From assembly GCA_965219445.1 (NCBI GenBank), contig CBDCNQ010000005.1, positions 832,001-896,000 on the forward strand: a stretch of DNA of 64,000 nucleotides, read 5' to 3'. Both the position numbers and the translations under genes were made by a program. The notes under the pieces are model-generated. The model had not been told where the DNA came from. It saw only the letters and a list, made by a program, of their open reading frames with translations, and searched no databases. This DNA comes from Longimicrobiales bacterium. GTDB taxonomy: Bacteria; Gemmatimonadota; Gemmatimonadetes; Longimicrobiales; Gaopeijiaceae. Of the stretch, positions 30,387 through 39,784 are shown in pieces (positions within the stretch are counted from its first letter, which is position 1; every line of letters starts with the position of its first letter).

Positions 30387-32372
30387 TCAGCGCGCCGGGA
30401 GCGCGACTCGGCCCAAGGACTTGTCCTCGAGGAGCTCCACTCTGAAGTCGGCGAGGTATGATGCATGGTTCGCCGCATCCACGTCGAGCGGACGGATTTC
30501 CAGGGTGTGAACCGGGCCGGCCGCCACCGGATAGGTCACGAGAGCGGTGTGACCGAGCTCTTCACCGTCGATGAAGACCGTTCCACCCGGACTGGAATCG
30601 ATGGAGATCGTCCCGAACGGTGTGACCTCCGCCGTCAGAGTGAGGCGCTGAGCGGGAGACAGCGTCTGGCTGGCATCGAAGATGCGGATGGTCCGAGGGG
30701 AGAACTCGGACGTACCGAAAATCTCTACCCGATGGGCAACCCCTTCCGAAACCACTCGACCCTCGACGGGCGCCGGACCCAACTCTTCACCGTCGATGAA
30801 CACGATAGTCCGGGACGCGACCGATGCCGGGACGACCTGTATCGTCAACCGTCCAGGTCCGCTCGGGGCGACCGGTCGGGCTTCGACTCCTACCCGAAAC
30901 CCGAACGCATCAGGTAGCATAGGAATCCCCTTCACGTCCGTGATGCCGTCTCCCAGCACGAGTCGATAGACCCCGGGAGTCATGGGCTCAACAGGCTCGA
31001 CTCGAAGCGTTCCGTCATCCTCGCCACAGCACGCCAGCTCCACTGCCACCCGGCTTCCGCTTGCCGTCACCAGCATTACACTTGACGAATCCAACGTCAG
31101 CGGATTCATCGGCTTGCTGAACGTGGCAAACACCGGCCCCTCGCCGTCGGCGCCCGTCGATCCATCCGCGGGCTCCGTGCTCGCGAGGACTGGCGGCTCC
31201 GGCGGCAGTGGCTGGGTCAAGAAGGACAGTAGATCTTCCGGTGACCCTGGGCCGCGAGGCGGGCGGACGTCCCCTCCCGAGGAAGACCGAAGCGCGCCCG
31301 TCAAGACGATCCGATAGCGCGTCGCGTAAGCCAACCGGGACAGAGGCGCGATGTCGACCGCTAGGGCGTCTTCGGATGCGCTGACCTCAGTCGGAACGGT
31401 CGCTCCGTCCGGGCCGAGGAGCCGGACGGTCGAGCTCGTGGCCGTGGCCGGATTGATGAGCCCCGTGAATCCCACAGTGATATCGCCATCGATGGCGGCG
31501 CCTCCCTCGATCGCCGTAAATCCCGGCGATTGAGCGAACACCCCCCGTGTGAACACAGCGGGAAGTCCAAGTTCTTGGAGAAGCTGATCCGCCTGCGCCT
31601 GGACACCACCGAGATCCAGTGCGACGGCGGCGGTCGCGGCGGCGAGAGCAAGAACCACCGCTGCCCAACGCCTCTTGGCGGGCCGTTCTGATGATTCGGA
31701 CTTGCTCGGCACACGCACCGGCGGCACGGGGGGCTCCTCACCCGCTAGGAGCACGACGTATAACTCCATCGGATCGGGTACGCCCTTTAGGTCCTTTGCG
31801 CCGATGGATGAGAACTCATAATGCCGTCGGTGGCGGAGCTGCTGGTAGGCAGAGTCCGAGACGACCACGCCCGCAAGAGGAGCATGGCCCTCGATGCGGG
31901 AGGCGACGTTCACTCCGCTCCCGTACACGTCGCCATCCTCGCCGAAGACGATGTCTCCCAGATGGACACCCACTCTCAAGGAAACACGCGACTCCCTGAC
32001 CTCATCCAAATAGGGGAACGAGTTCTGGAGAGCGTGAGCCGCGTTGACGGCGGCGTCCAAGCTGTTGAACTCCGCGAGCATTCCATCTCCGAGGAACTTC
32101 ACAACCCGGCCGCCCTTGTCCCCCACAAGCTTCTTGCAGACACGCTGGAATGACTTGATCAACGCGAGTGCGAGGTCCTCGTCGTGAGATGAAAGAGTCG
32201 TGTACCCCGCCACATCCGCAAAAAGAATGGCGGCGAGGCGACGATCGACGGCCGCGACCGAGGGTGGAGCGTCCACAGCCGAATCGTCAGATGCTGAATC
32301 GTCCGGGGCTGCCTCCGGATCTGGAGCCTCCAGATCCGCGTCCGGAGTTGGAACGTCAGGTGGTTCGGTCAT
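30387..32372 (-). CDS. Class III adenylate cyclase with TM, two Ig-like (Big_5-type) domains and PEGA-like domains
   Basis: LFADVAGYT, VKFLGDG, GVHLGD, DVYGSGVNVASR; FSKPMNP/YRLVL Ig motifs; VFIDGEELG repeats. Confidence 0.82.
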   Translation of the reverse strand: MTEPPDVPTPDADLEAPDPEAAPDDSASDDSAVDAPPSVAAVDRRLAAILFADVAGYTTLSSHDEDLALALIKSFQRVCKKLVGDKGGRVVKFLGDGMLAEFNSLDAAVNAAHALQNSFPYLDEVRESRVSLRVGVHLGDIVFGEDGDVYGSGVNVASRIEGHAPLAGVVVSDSAYQQLRHRRHYEFSSIGAKDLKGVPDPMELYVVLLAGEEPPVPPVRVPSKSESSERPAKRRWAAVVLALAAATAAVALDLGGVQAQADQLLQELGLPAVFTRGVFAQSPGFTAIEGGAAIDGDITVGFTGLINPATATSSTVRLLGPDGATVPTEVSASEDALAVDIAPLSRLAYATRYRIVLTGALRSSSGGDVRPPRGPGSPEDLLSFLTQPLPPEPPVLASTEPADGSTGADGEGPVFATFSKPMNPLTLDSSSVMLVTASGSRVAVELACCGEDDGTLRVEPVEPMTPGVYRLVLGDGITDVKGIPMLPDAFGFRVGVEARPVAPSGPGRLTIQVVPASVASRTIVFIDGEELGPAPVEGRVVSEGVAHRVEIFGTSEFSPRTIRIFDASQTLSPAQRLTLTAEVTPFGTISIDSSPGGTVFIDGEELGHTALVTYPVAAGPVHTLEIRPLDVDAANHASYLADFRVELLEDKSLGRVALPAR

Positions 32373-32456
32373 CGGGCCGCGCTTGGTTAGAGGACACCAC
32401 CGTAAACATGTGTTGTCCACAGCCACCGGTGCAAGCCTCGTCGCACATAGACCACC

Positions 32457-35400
32457 CTACCGAATTCTCCGGACATTCCTGAACACCTCCATCGCCTGCC
32501 GGTCGAAGACAGTGACGCCGTACAGTTCTTCCACCCGTTGGACCATGACCTCGATGTCGAAGAGCGGGTCGATATCGAGGATTCCGCGGTAGATCGACTC
32601 GGCGTCCTCGCTGCGACCGGCACTCTGGTAGGCCCCGGCGAGTAAGCCCCTCGAAATCGTCTCCTGCTCAACCGTGAGCTCCCCCAACTCGAGGGCCTGC
32701 TCAAAAAACTGGATCAATTGCACGAAGTTGGCCTCGCTCCAGTACTGGAATCCGTCTCCCAGCTTCGCCCGTGTTTCTTCACGGGGTGTGAACACCGCAA
32801 TCGAGTCCTCGTAGGCCAGCCGGAGCTCTTCGACCTCGCTCGGCAAGTTGGCCGCATAAGCCGCCAAGAAGGTCAGCCCGGCAGAGCGCCCCTCGGTATC
32901 GCCGTCCTGTAGCGCCCGGAAGATGTCGAGCGTAAGGGCAACAGTCGCAGAGTCCGTGTAAAACTCAGGCTCTGAGGCCGTGTCCAGCAGCTCCATGAAG
33001 TTGGCGAGAGCTTGCACGCCTTCGCCCTGCGATGCCCTGAAGCGACTCAGCGTCTCGAAGTACAGGCGCCTACGGTCGCCGGTCACGTACGGAGCGAACT
33101 CCCCCGCCCACAATTCCATGAGCTCGGTGTCTTCGACGGCCAGGGAGGCCTGGAACGCCACCCAGTATAGGTCTGGACGGTCCTCATCGTACGCGACGAT
33201 CCTTCCGGCTCGGTCGGCATCGAGCACCGCCATCGCGATTTGGAGCGCACGCTGCGGATTGTCCAAGGCCAGATGTCCCGCAGCCAACCGCGCGAAAAAT
33301 TGGAACTCCCGATCGGGTTCGACCCGACCTTGTAGCTCCTCACCGAAGCTTACGACCTCTTCAAACGCCCCGGCCTCGAACGCCGCGGCAAGACCCAGAT
33401 GTTGCAACTCGGCCCCAGCATCCCCCGACCGCGCTCTCAACGGAATGACCTGGAGAGCTTGGCGAGCGTTCGCCAGAGCCGGGGCGTGCTGATCCAAGCT
33501 CGCGTGTGCGATCGCCAAGCGCCGGTGGAGCTCGAAGCCACGGTCCTCGCCCTCCCAGCCCTCGAGCGCCTCCTCCCGGGCAACGGCTTCGGCATACCTC
33601 CCCAACTGGAACTCCGTTGAGAACCCGTGCCACTGAACTTCTCGGGCAACGTCGGGTGCCAAGCTCAGGACTCCTTCAGCCGTCAACGATTCGGCCCTGG
33701 TCACCGCCTCCAGAACTTCGGCATGGGCTTCTTGTGCCCCGGCTTCCCGGGTCACCCAATGGGCCAGGGGAAGAGGCTGGTCCGACGAACTCGCCGTACC
33801 AGCGATGCTCACCGGGTCCACGCGAAGCCATCGGTACTCGAAATCCTCGGCCAAGGTGAGGTCGAACGTCCCCCCCGTCGTTGAAGCCAGTTGCGTGAAC
33901 GGGCCCTGGCGAGAGGGAGCACCCGAAAGCCTGTATCCCCACAGATAGTCGGAATCGACCGGATCCCAGGAAAAGGCCACAGCATCGGTGGACAGTACGA
34001 CCCGCAGTGTTTCCAACTCGGGCAGGCGGGCATCCCACCTGTAAACCAGAGTTCGCCCCTCCTCCAGGTTGGCGAGGTAGACGTTCCCCCGGGCATCCAA
34101 CGAAAGATGCGTCGCCTCGAACCTCGAGTCGCGGCCACCCAGCCTGACGAGCACCTGCTCCAGACCGGAATCCAGGACCGTCACGCGGCTGGTTTCCTGC
34201 TCGAGGACGAACATGTTTCCCTGGACGTCGAATTTGATATCCCGCACGGGACCCGCTAGAAGCTCAGCCGCGATCGGTTCGGGAGGACCTCCGCCGAGCG
34301 GCATATTCACGACCGACAACCCATCTTCGGACCAAGCGAACAATTCATCATCCGGAGAAATAGCCACGCCCCACGCCTCCTGAAGCGGGAAGGACGCCAG
34401 AAGCGACGTCAGGTCCGCGCTGAATACGGCGACCCGATGGTTGTTCCGATCCGCGACCACTAGACTTTCGTTGGAGAAAAACCCCACTCCCACTGGCCTG
34501 TTGAGCCGCCGGTCGTCGTCGTAATCGCGGCCGAACGTTCCGAGACTATTACCACTACGGGTGTCGAATACGGAGAAGCGATCGTCATTCGGCTCCGTAA
34601 CCACGAGTAGTGAGTCGTTGAACGCCATAGCACCCGTCCGCTCGAACCCCATGACCAACGTCTCTGGGCCACCCGTCTCCGGGATCACATAGGACTCGAA
34701 GACGTCACCGAACAGATCCTCATACTGCTCGGATGTGACGCGCTCCACACGAAGCCCGCGACCCTGGGGCGAGGCGATGACGAAACGGGCCGTACCATCA
34801 CTCGATGGCCTTATCCCTGTGACCGCACCCACCGGATCGGGTGGCAGCTGGCTCACTCGGATCGGGTAGTCCCACTCCAGCGGGGGGGCATCCCCACCTT
34901 CGGCAAGCGCTATGCGCTCAACCTTTCGGAGGTCGTGGTCCAACACGACGAGATGCCGTTCGGGCGTGAACGCCAGTCCCACCGCCTCACGGAAGGACCC
35001 CCTGCCTCCGCCGACGCCTCCATAAAGCGCACGGCTCTCTGGCGCAGCCGTCGGATCGAGGCGGCTTCCGCCCCAGATACGACCCTGCCTCCCGTCCAAG
35101 ACCACGAGCGTACCAGATCCATCGACCGCGATGGCCGCCGCTTCCTCGACTGCTCCCAACGACAACGTCTCGGGCTCACCCGCGCCCTGCCATGGCACGT
35201 CGGAAAAGGCGGGGAGGGTGAAGATCTGCGCGCCGCGGTCGTGGTCTGCGACGAAAATTCGACCGTCTCCACCGACCGCGATCCCAATCGGATCTCCGAT
35301 CAGCGTACCCAGGCCCACTTCGCGTACGAACGCACCGTCCCCGGAAAACACTTTGACAGAGGGGTCGCGCTTGTCGAGAACATAGACGAACCCTAGAGGA

Positions 35401-35855
35401 CCGAGCGCCAGCGCCGCTGGATCATCCAACTCGGAGGCGCCCTGGTTGTTTCCTCCGATGACAAGCTGTTGTTCACCGCTCCCGTTGTAGACCTGGACCT
35501 GCTTCAAACCCTCGTCGAGCACGTAGGCACGCCCCAACTCGTCGAACGCGACTGCCAGTGGATCGCGTAGACGCCCTGTCCCGTACGAGCGCGCCGGAGC
35601 ACCGGTTCTATCGAAGACCACCACCTGTCCGTCCTGGTCCACGATATGCAGTGCCCCGCTAGGCGCGACTGCAATGGCGACAGGATCCCTAGGCGACATG
35701 GGACCCGAGGTGGGAAGGTCGAAGGAGCCATCACCGACGTAGCTGGCTCTAGCCGCGATTTGGCCGGCTGCCGAGGCCACATTCAAGAACAGGAGGGCGG
35801 AACACATAGCCGAGGTGCGCAACGCTGCGGTCATGACCAACTCCCCTTGTGTCAT
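32457..35855 (-). CDS. Large secreted NHL/beta-propeller protein with helical (TPR-like) C-terminus
   Basis: Signal peptide; repeated P-x-(A/G)-I-A-V and YVLD/VADR motifs; helical C-terminal half. Confidence 0.75.
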   Translation of the reverse strand: MTQGELVMTAALRTSAMCSALLFLNVASAAGQIAARASYVGDGSFDLPTSGPMSPRDPVAIAVAPSGALHIVDQDGQVVVFDRTGAPARSYGTGRLRDPLAVAFDELGRAYVLDEGLKQVQVYNGSGEQQLVIGGNNQGASELDDPAALALGPLGFVYVLDKRDPSVKVFSGDGAFVREVGLGTLIGDPIGIAVGGDGRIFVADHDRGAQIFTLPAFSDVPWQGAGEPETLSLGAVEEAAAIAVDGSGTLVVLDGRQGRIWGGSRLDPTAAPESRALYGGVGGGRGSFREAVGLAFTPERHLVVLDHDLRKVERIALAEGGDAPPLEWDYPIRVSQLPPDPVGAVTGIRPSSDGTARFVIASPQGRGLRVERVTSEQYEDLFGDVFESYVIPETGGPETLVMGFERTGAMAFNDSLLVVTEPNDDRFSVFDTRSGNSLGTFGRDYDDDRRLNRPVGVGFFSNESLVVADRNNHRVAVFSADLTSLLASFPLQEAWGVAISPDDELFAWSEDGLSVVNMPLGGGPPEPIAAELLAGPVRDIKFDVQGNMFVLEQETSRVTVLDSGLEQVLVRLGGRDSRFEATHLSLDARGNVYLANLEEGRTLVYRWDARLPELETLRVVLSTDAVAFSWDPVDSDYLWGYRLSGAPSRQGPFTQLASTTGGTFDLTLAEDFEYRWLRVDPVSIAGTASSSDQPLPLAHWVTREAGAQEAHAEVLEAVTRAESLTAEGVLSLAPDVAREVQWHGFSTEFQLGRYAEAVAREEALEGWEGEDRGFELHRRLAIAHASLDQHAPALANARQALQVIPLRARSGDAGAELQHLGLAAAFEAGAFEEVVSFGEELQGRVEPDREFQFFARLAAGHLALDNPQRALQIAMAVLDADRAGRIVAYDEDRPDLYWVAFQASLAVEDTELMELWAGEFAPYVTGDRRRLYFETLSRFRASQGEGVQALANFMELLDTASEPEFYTDSATVALTLDIFRALQDGDTEGRSAGLTFLAAYAANLPSEVEELRLAYEDSIAVFTPREETRAKLGDGFQYWSEANFVQLIQFFEQALELGELTVEQETISRGLLAGAYQSAGRSEDAESIYRGILDIDPLFDIEVMVQRVEELYGVTVFDRQAMEVFRNVRRIR

Positions 35856-36221
35856 TCAGGACGTAGCAATCCGAGGCGGATCCGATTATGCCTGGCCCTC
35901 AACATCCTTCTTGAACCTAAATTCTATTGAAGGAAACCGCACGAGTATCGTGTTCGCTTCCAGATTGCGTTCCGGGTGCTTTCCCTCCCGCGACGCCCGG
36001 CAGAGGCCCATGCTTCTCTGGAGCATAAGCAATATTGACTTAGCAACATTCGGGCCGTAACCGTGTGACGGGTCGGGAGCGGCCAGGATAGGAACACGGC
36101 CAGACGGAGTGAACCGCGAGCGCTGGCGTTGGCTTTTTCGGCTCCGACGCTATTTTCTGGGGCCATCATCGTTGTCGAATCGTATCCTCGAGCCGCCGCG
36201 GCACCTCTAATCCGGCGCCCA

Positions 36222-36698
36222 ATGACATCCGAGTTCATCATATCCGAGAGGCGCACTGCTCAGGTCCTGATCTCTCTGCTTGCGGCCTGCGCATTGATCG
36301 TCTCCGGGTGCGGAGAGGACGGATCTCTACCCTCGAGCGAGCCAGACTCTGCGGCCGCTGTGGCGGAGGAGGAGCCTGAAAGGGCGCTCGTGGAGATCGA
36401 TCTCGACGAGTACGTGGTCCTCATGAATCGCGTCGTCCCTGCTGGTGCAGTGACCCTGAAACTCGTGAACCGGGGGTTCGAGGAACACAACCTCCTGTTC
36501 GTAGTGGTCGAATCCGACTCAACGGTCTGGGAGACCGAGCGCCGTCTGGCCCCGGGGGAGAGGCGTACGGTGACGCTCGACCTCGAGCCGGGTGAGTACA
36601 CGGCGGTATGCGATTTTTCCGGGCATGAAGGCCGCGGCATGTTCACGGACTTCTTCGCTGAGGACACGAGTCCCGCCGAGAGCGACACCGACCGCTAG
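36222..36698 (+). CDS. Cupredoxin-domain lipoprotein
   Basis: Lipobox IVSGC; type-1 Cu ligands HN...CDFSGHEGRGM. Confidence 0.8.
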   Translation: MTSEFIISERRTAQVLISLLAACALIVSGCGEDGSLPSSEPDSAAAVAEEEPERALVEIDLDEYVVLMNRVVPAGAVTLKLVNRGFEEHNLLFVVVESDSTVWETERRLAPGERRTVTLDLEPGEYTAVCDFSGHEGRGMFTDFFAEDTSPAESDTDR

Positions 36699-36724
36699 TT
36701 CTGGAACACGGCACTGGAGTCCGC

Positions 36725-38227
36725 TCAGCCGTCCATCATACGAAGAGGCCCGACCATTTGGAGCAGGGACTCGATCATCCCTTCGTCACCGTAGATATCT
36801 GGCACTCCGGAGACGGGCAGACCGACGGAGCGCCCTGCATCCGCCGTCGTCGGTCCCACGCAAAAGATCTGCACGCCCTCTAGATCGACGCCGGACGAGG
36901 CCAGCGACTTCGCGGCCGAAGGGCTGTAAAGAAGTACTGCATCCACTCCTCTCCTAAACGCTTCCAACGCAGCGTCACTCGGCGGCTGGAGCAGTGTGTC
37001 ATACACGTGGAGGGTCTCCACTTCCAAACCCACCCGAGCCAATCCGTTGGAGACCTCGTCGACCGCGAGTGTTCCACATGGGAAGAGTACGCGCTGTCCG
37101 CTCTTCGCCTCAGCCGCGATCGCCTCCACAAGAGCCCGAGCCCGATATTCTTCCGGGATCAGGTCGGCGCGGATCCCCACCCCTTCGAAGCGAGCGGCCG
37201 TCTTGGGACCGACCACTGCGATCCGAGCCGCCCCGAAGAAGCGCGCATCGAGTCCCTGGCGTTCAAGTTGGCGGAGGAAGCCCTCGACCCCGTGGAACGA
37301 TGTGAACACGATCCAATCGTGGTCGGAGCGCGGCCCCGAGAGGTCGGCCTCGACATACTCAATGCGGATCAGTGGCGAATCGATCACCTCCGCTCCGAGC
37401 CCTCGAAGTCTGGAAATGACCTGCCTGCTCGCCGAGGACGGCCGGGTCACGACCACTCGGCGGCCGACCAGGGGCCCGAACCCCAGAGCCGGCGTATTGC
37501 CGTCGAGGCGGGGCAACCCGGCTCCCGGTCCCACGATCAGCACCATCGGAGCCAACAGACCCTCCTCCCGGACTAGGCCCGCAATGGTAGCAAGGGTCCC
37601 GCGGACCTGACGCTCCCCTGGGAGCGTCCCCTCCTGAACGACCGCAGCAGGAGTCGCACCGTCCCGACCGGCGGTCACCAGGCCCTGCGTTACCTCCTCC
37701 AATCGAGCGCCGCCCATGAGGACCACCGACGTGTCCATTTTTGCCATCGCCTCGTAGGGGAGCTCACGGTCCGGAAGGCCCTTTCCGACGCTGGGCGTCA
37801 CCACACTAACGGTACTCGCCTGACCACGGAGGGTGAGCGGGATGCCCGCCCGCGTCGGTACGCCGGTTGCACTGCTCACGCCAGGAACCACCTCACAAGG
37901 GACGCCGGCCAGATAGCACGCTTCGATCTCCTCCCATCCCCGGCCGTAGACGAAAGGATCACCGCCCTTCAGGCGAACCACCTCCTTCCCGGCCCTGGCC
38001 CGCTCGATCAGGACTTCGTGGATCCGGTCCTGGGGCACCGTGTGCTGACCGGGCGCCTTGAAGACGTCGATCAGCTCGGCATCGGGCCTGGTGAGGGTCA
38101 AGAGCTCAGCACCGGCGAGCCGATCATAAACGACCACATCGGCACGCCCGAGAAGCTCCCCGCCGCGAACCGTGATGAGCCCCGCGTCTCCGGGCCCAGC
38201 ACCGACCAGCCACACCCGACCGGTCAA
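36725..38227 (-). CDS. cobA-hemD: Uroporphyrinogen-III C-methyltransferase / uroporphyrinogen-III synthase fusion
   Basis: VGAGPGD, RLKGGDPFVYGRG, VPGVSS; then VVTRP, FTS, AVVGPKT, SPSA. TTG start overlaps the upstream stop (TTGA). Confidence 0.9.
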   Translation of the reverse strand: MTGRVWLVGAGPGDAGLITVRGGELLGRADVVVYDRLAGAELLTLTRPDAELIDVFKAPGQHTVPQDRIHEVLIERARAGKEVVRLKGGDPFVYGRGWEEIEACYLAGVPCEVVPGVSSATGVPTRAGIPLTLRGQASTVSVVTPSVGKGLPDRELPYEAMAKMDTSVVLMGGARLEEVTQGLVTAGRDGATPAAVVQEGTLPGERQVRGTLATIAGLVREEGLLAPMVLIVGPGAGLPRLDGNTPALGFGPLVGRRVVVTRPSSASRQVISRLRGLGAEVIDSPLIRIEYVEADLSGPRSDHDWIVFTSFHGVEGFLRQLERQGLDARFFGAARIAVVGPKTAARFEGVGIRADLIPEEYRARALVEAIAAEAKSGQRVLFPCGTLAVDEVSNGLARVGLEVETLHVYDTLLQPPSDAALEAFRRGVDAVLLYSPSAAKSLASSGVDLEGVQIFCVGPTTADAGRSVGLPVSGVPDIYGDEGMIESLLQMVGPLRMMDG

Positions 38228-39135
38228 GGGACCGAGGGCGACCCCGCTCGCAGCGACAGAGACAAAGACACGGGCGAGCGTACCTGGCCTCCAGCCTCCC
38301 GGCCCGAGCGTGGGCGAGTGACAGAACCGAGCGACGATGTCCGGCGGGCGGGCGGGCGGCCGCGCGCATACCCTGCACGAGGGCTCGGGCTGAGCGAGGC
38401 ACGAATCCGCGACGTCGAATCGATCGCCTCGAGAGTGAGCGAGCCCAACTCCGGCCACTCCAATATCGGCGGAAGGACCTTTAGGGTCTCCGTCATGGTG
38501 TCGATCCCCGAGGAAGTTCGAGGGGCGGTCAAGGCACCGGCAAGATCCACGAGAACGTGCGGCCCACCCCCCATGAGCAAGGGAGCCGCCACGAGCGGGC
38601 GATCGCCGAGTGCGTCGGCGACGTCCGAAAGGTGAGGAGATCCATCGAGAAAGGCGGTGAGAATCTCCGTCTGTGGAAAGGTTAGAGCCAGTTCGTCCCG
38701 GAGCCGCCAAGCGGCGTCCGCACTCGAACGGACCCGTGGGGTGCCGTGTCCCACGAGAAGGACGGCCGGACTCAGTCCTCGTGCCGTCATGCCCTTCACC
38801 GCCTCGCCCACCCTGGTCGCCAAGATGTTGGAAAACGCTGGAAGGGTTCCGATCGGAGGGGCAATGATGAACGAACACGACGGATCCCCCTTCGCCAACT
38901 CCTCCGGCAAGCGCTGCCGGGCGTAGTATCCACCGCTGGCCATGATGGGCACTACCACAGGCCGCTTCCCTCGCAAACTCCGAGCTGCATCCTCGAAGCT
39001 CGGCGTGCCCTTCCAAAAAGCACACCCGAAGCGAACATCGGGTCGCCGCACCCGCAGGGTGTCCGTCAGCTCCAGGAGCGCCCGATTGGCCTCCGAGCCG
39101 TCGCCCGCGCCGTGCGCGGCGAGAATCACGGTCAT
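38224..39135 (-). CDS. sirB: Sirohydrochlorin chelatase, CbiX/SirB two-domain type
   Basis: Two His-Gly motifs (AAHG, VGHG), GGYY, GGPH; siroheme context. Confidence 0.8.
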   Translation of the reverse strand: MTVILAAHGAGDGSEANRALLELTDTLRVRRPDVRFGCAFWKGTPSFEDAARSLRGKRPVVVPIMASGGYYARQRLPEELAKGDPSCSFIIAPPIGTLPAFSNILATRVGEAVKGMTARGLSPAVLLVGHGTPRVRSSADAAWRLRDELALTFPQTEILTAFLDGSPHLSDVADALGDRPLVAAPLLMGGGPHVLVDLAGALTAPRTSSGIDTMTETLKVLPPILEWPELGSLTLEAIDSTSRIRASLSPSPRAGYARGRPPARRTSSLGSVTRPRSGREAGGQVRSPVSLSLSLRAGSPSVP

Positions 39136-39148
39136 AGGCTTGATACGT

Positions 39149-39784
39149 CTACTCCGCCGTCGTGCGAGCTCCGCTGACGAGCTCCTCGAGACTCCACTTC
39201 CCCTCGCCGCTCACCCTCATGTGGAGCGTCAGCGGCCCCCGCGTGTGACCGACTCTTTCAAACTCCACGGGCACCCCACCGTAGACGTCCGCAAGAACCT
39301 CATGGAGTTCTCCAGTAACCACATCGAACGCGGCATCCGTCGCGGGCACGGCAAGACGGTCCGTAAAACGAAAGGCCATCTCACGCGTCGCGAACCGCAC
39401 GGGGTTTTCCCCGGCGGTATCGTGCTCCAGTGCGGCAGCGGCCTCGAGCACGCCCACGATCGCCTCCCGCAAACGCTCGGCCAGAGTCCCTGACCAGCCC
39501 CTCTTCAATTCGTATTCGAACCCGATTCGGCCACCCGCCTCATCGGTGCGCAGATGCCACCGGTGAGCGACCAAAAGCACCCCGGGGCCTGCCGGAACAT
39601 GCGTGTAATCGTGTACATCGATGAGCGTCCCCGGGAGTCGGTCCTCCTGTATCCAACTATGAAAGACTTCGATCATCCGGGCTCGGTCGAACGACTCCTG
39701 ATCCTCGACGAAGACCTTCACCCCCACCCTTTGCGGTTCTGAAACCACACGAGACTCGAGTTCAGCAGCCACCTGCGTGCTCAT
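39149..39784 (-). CDS. Hypothetical protein coupled to sulfite reductase
   Basis: ATGA overlap with the sulfite reductase stop; FHSWIQ...LIDVHDYTHVPAGPGVLL motif-like segment. Confidence 0.7.
   Translation of the reverse strand: MSTQVAAELESRVVSEPQRVGVKVFVEDQESFDRARMIEVFHSWIQEDRLPGTLIDVHDYTHVPAGPGVLLVAHRWHLRTDEAGGRIGFEYELKRGWSGTLAERLREAIVGVLEAAAALEHDTAGENPVRFATREMAFRFTDRLAVPATDAAFDVVTGELHEVLADVYGGVPVEFERVGHTRGPLTLHMRVSGEGKWSLEELVSGARTTAE

Noticed and set aside
38228..39025. 766-aa ORF start, or a frameshifted CbiX-CobA-HemD fusion
   Set aside because: The upstream part shadows sirB. A TTGA overlap at 38224-38227 gives a clean two-gene model, although the SirB tail looks low-complexity.
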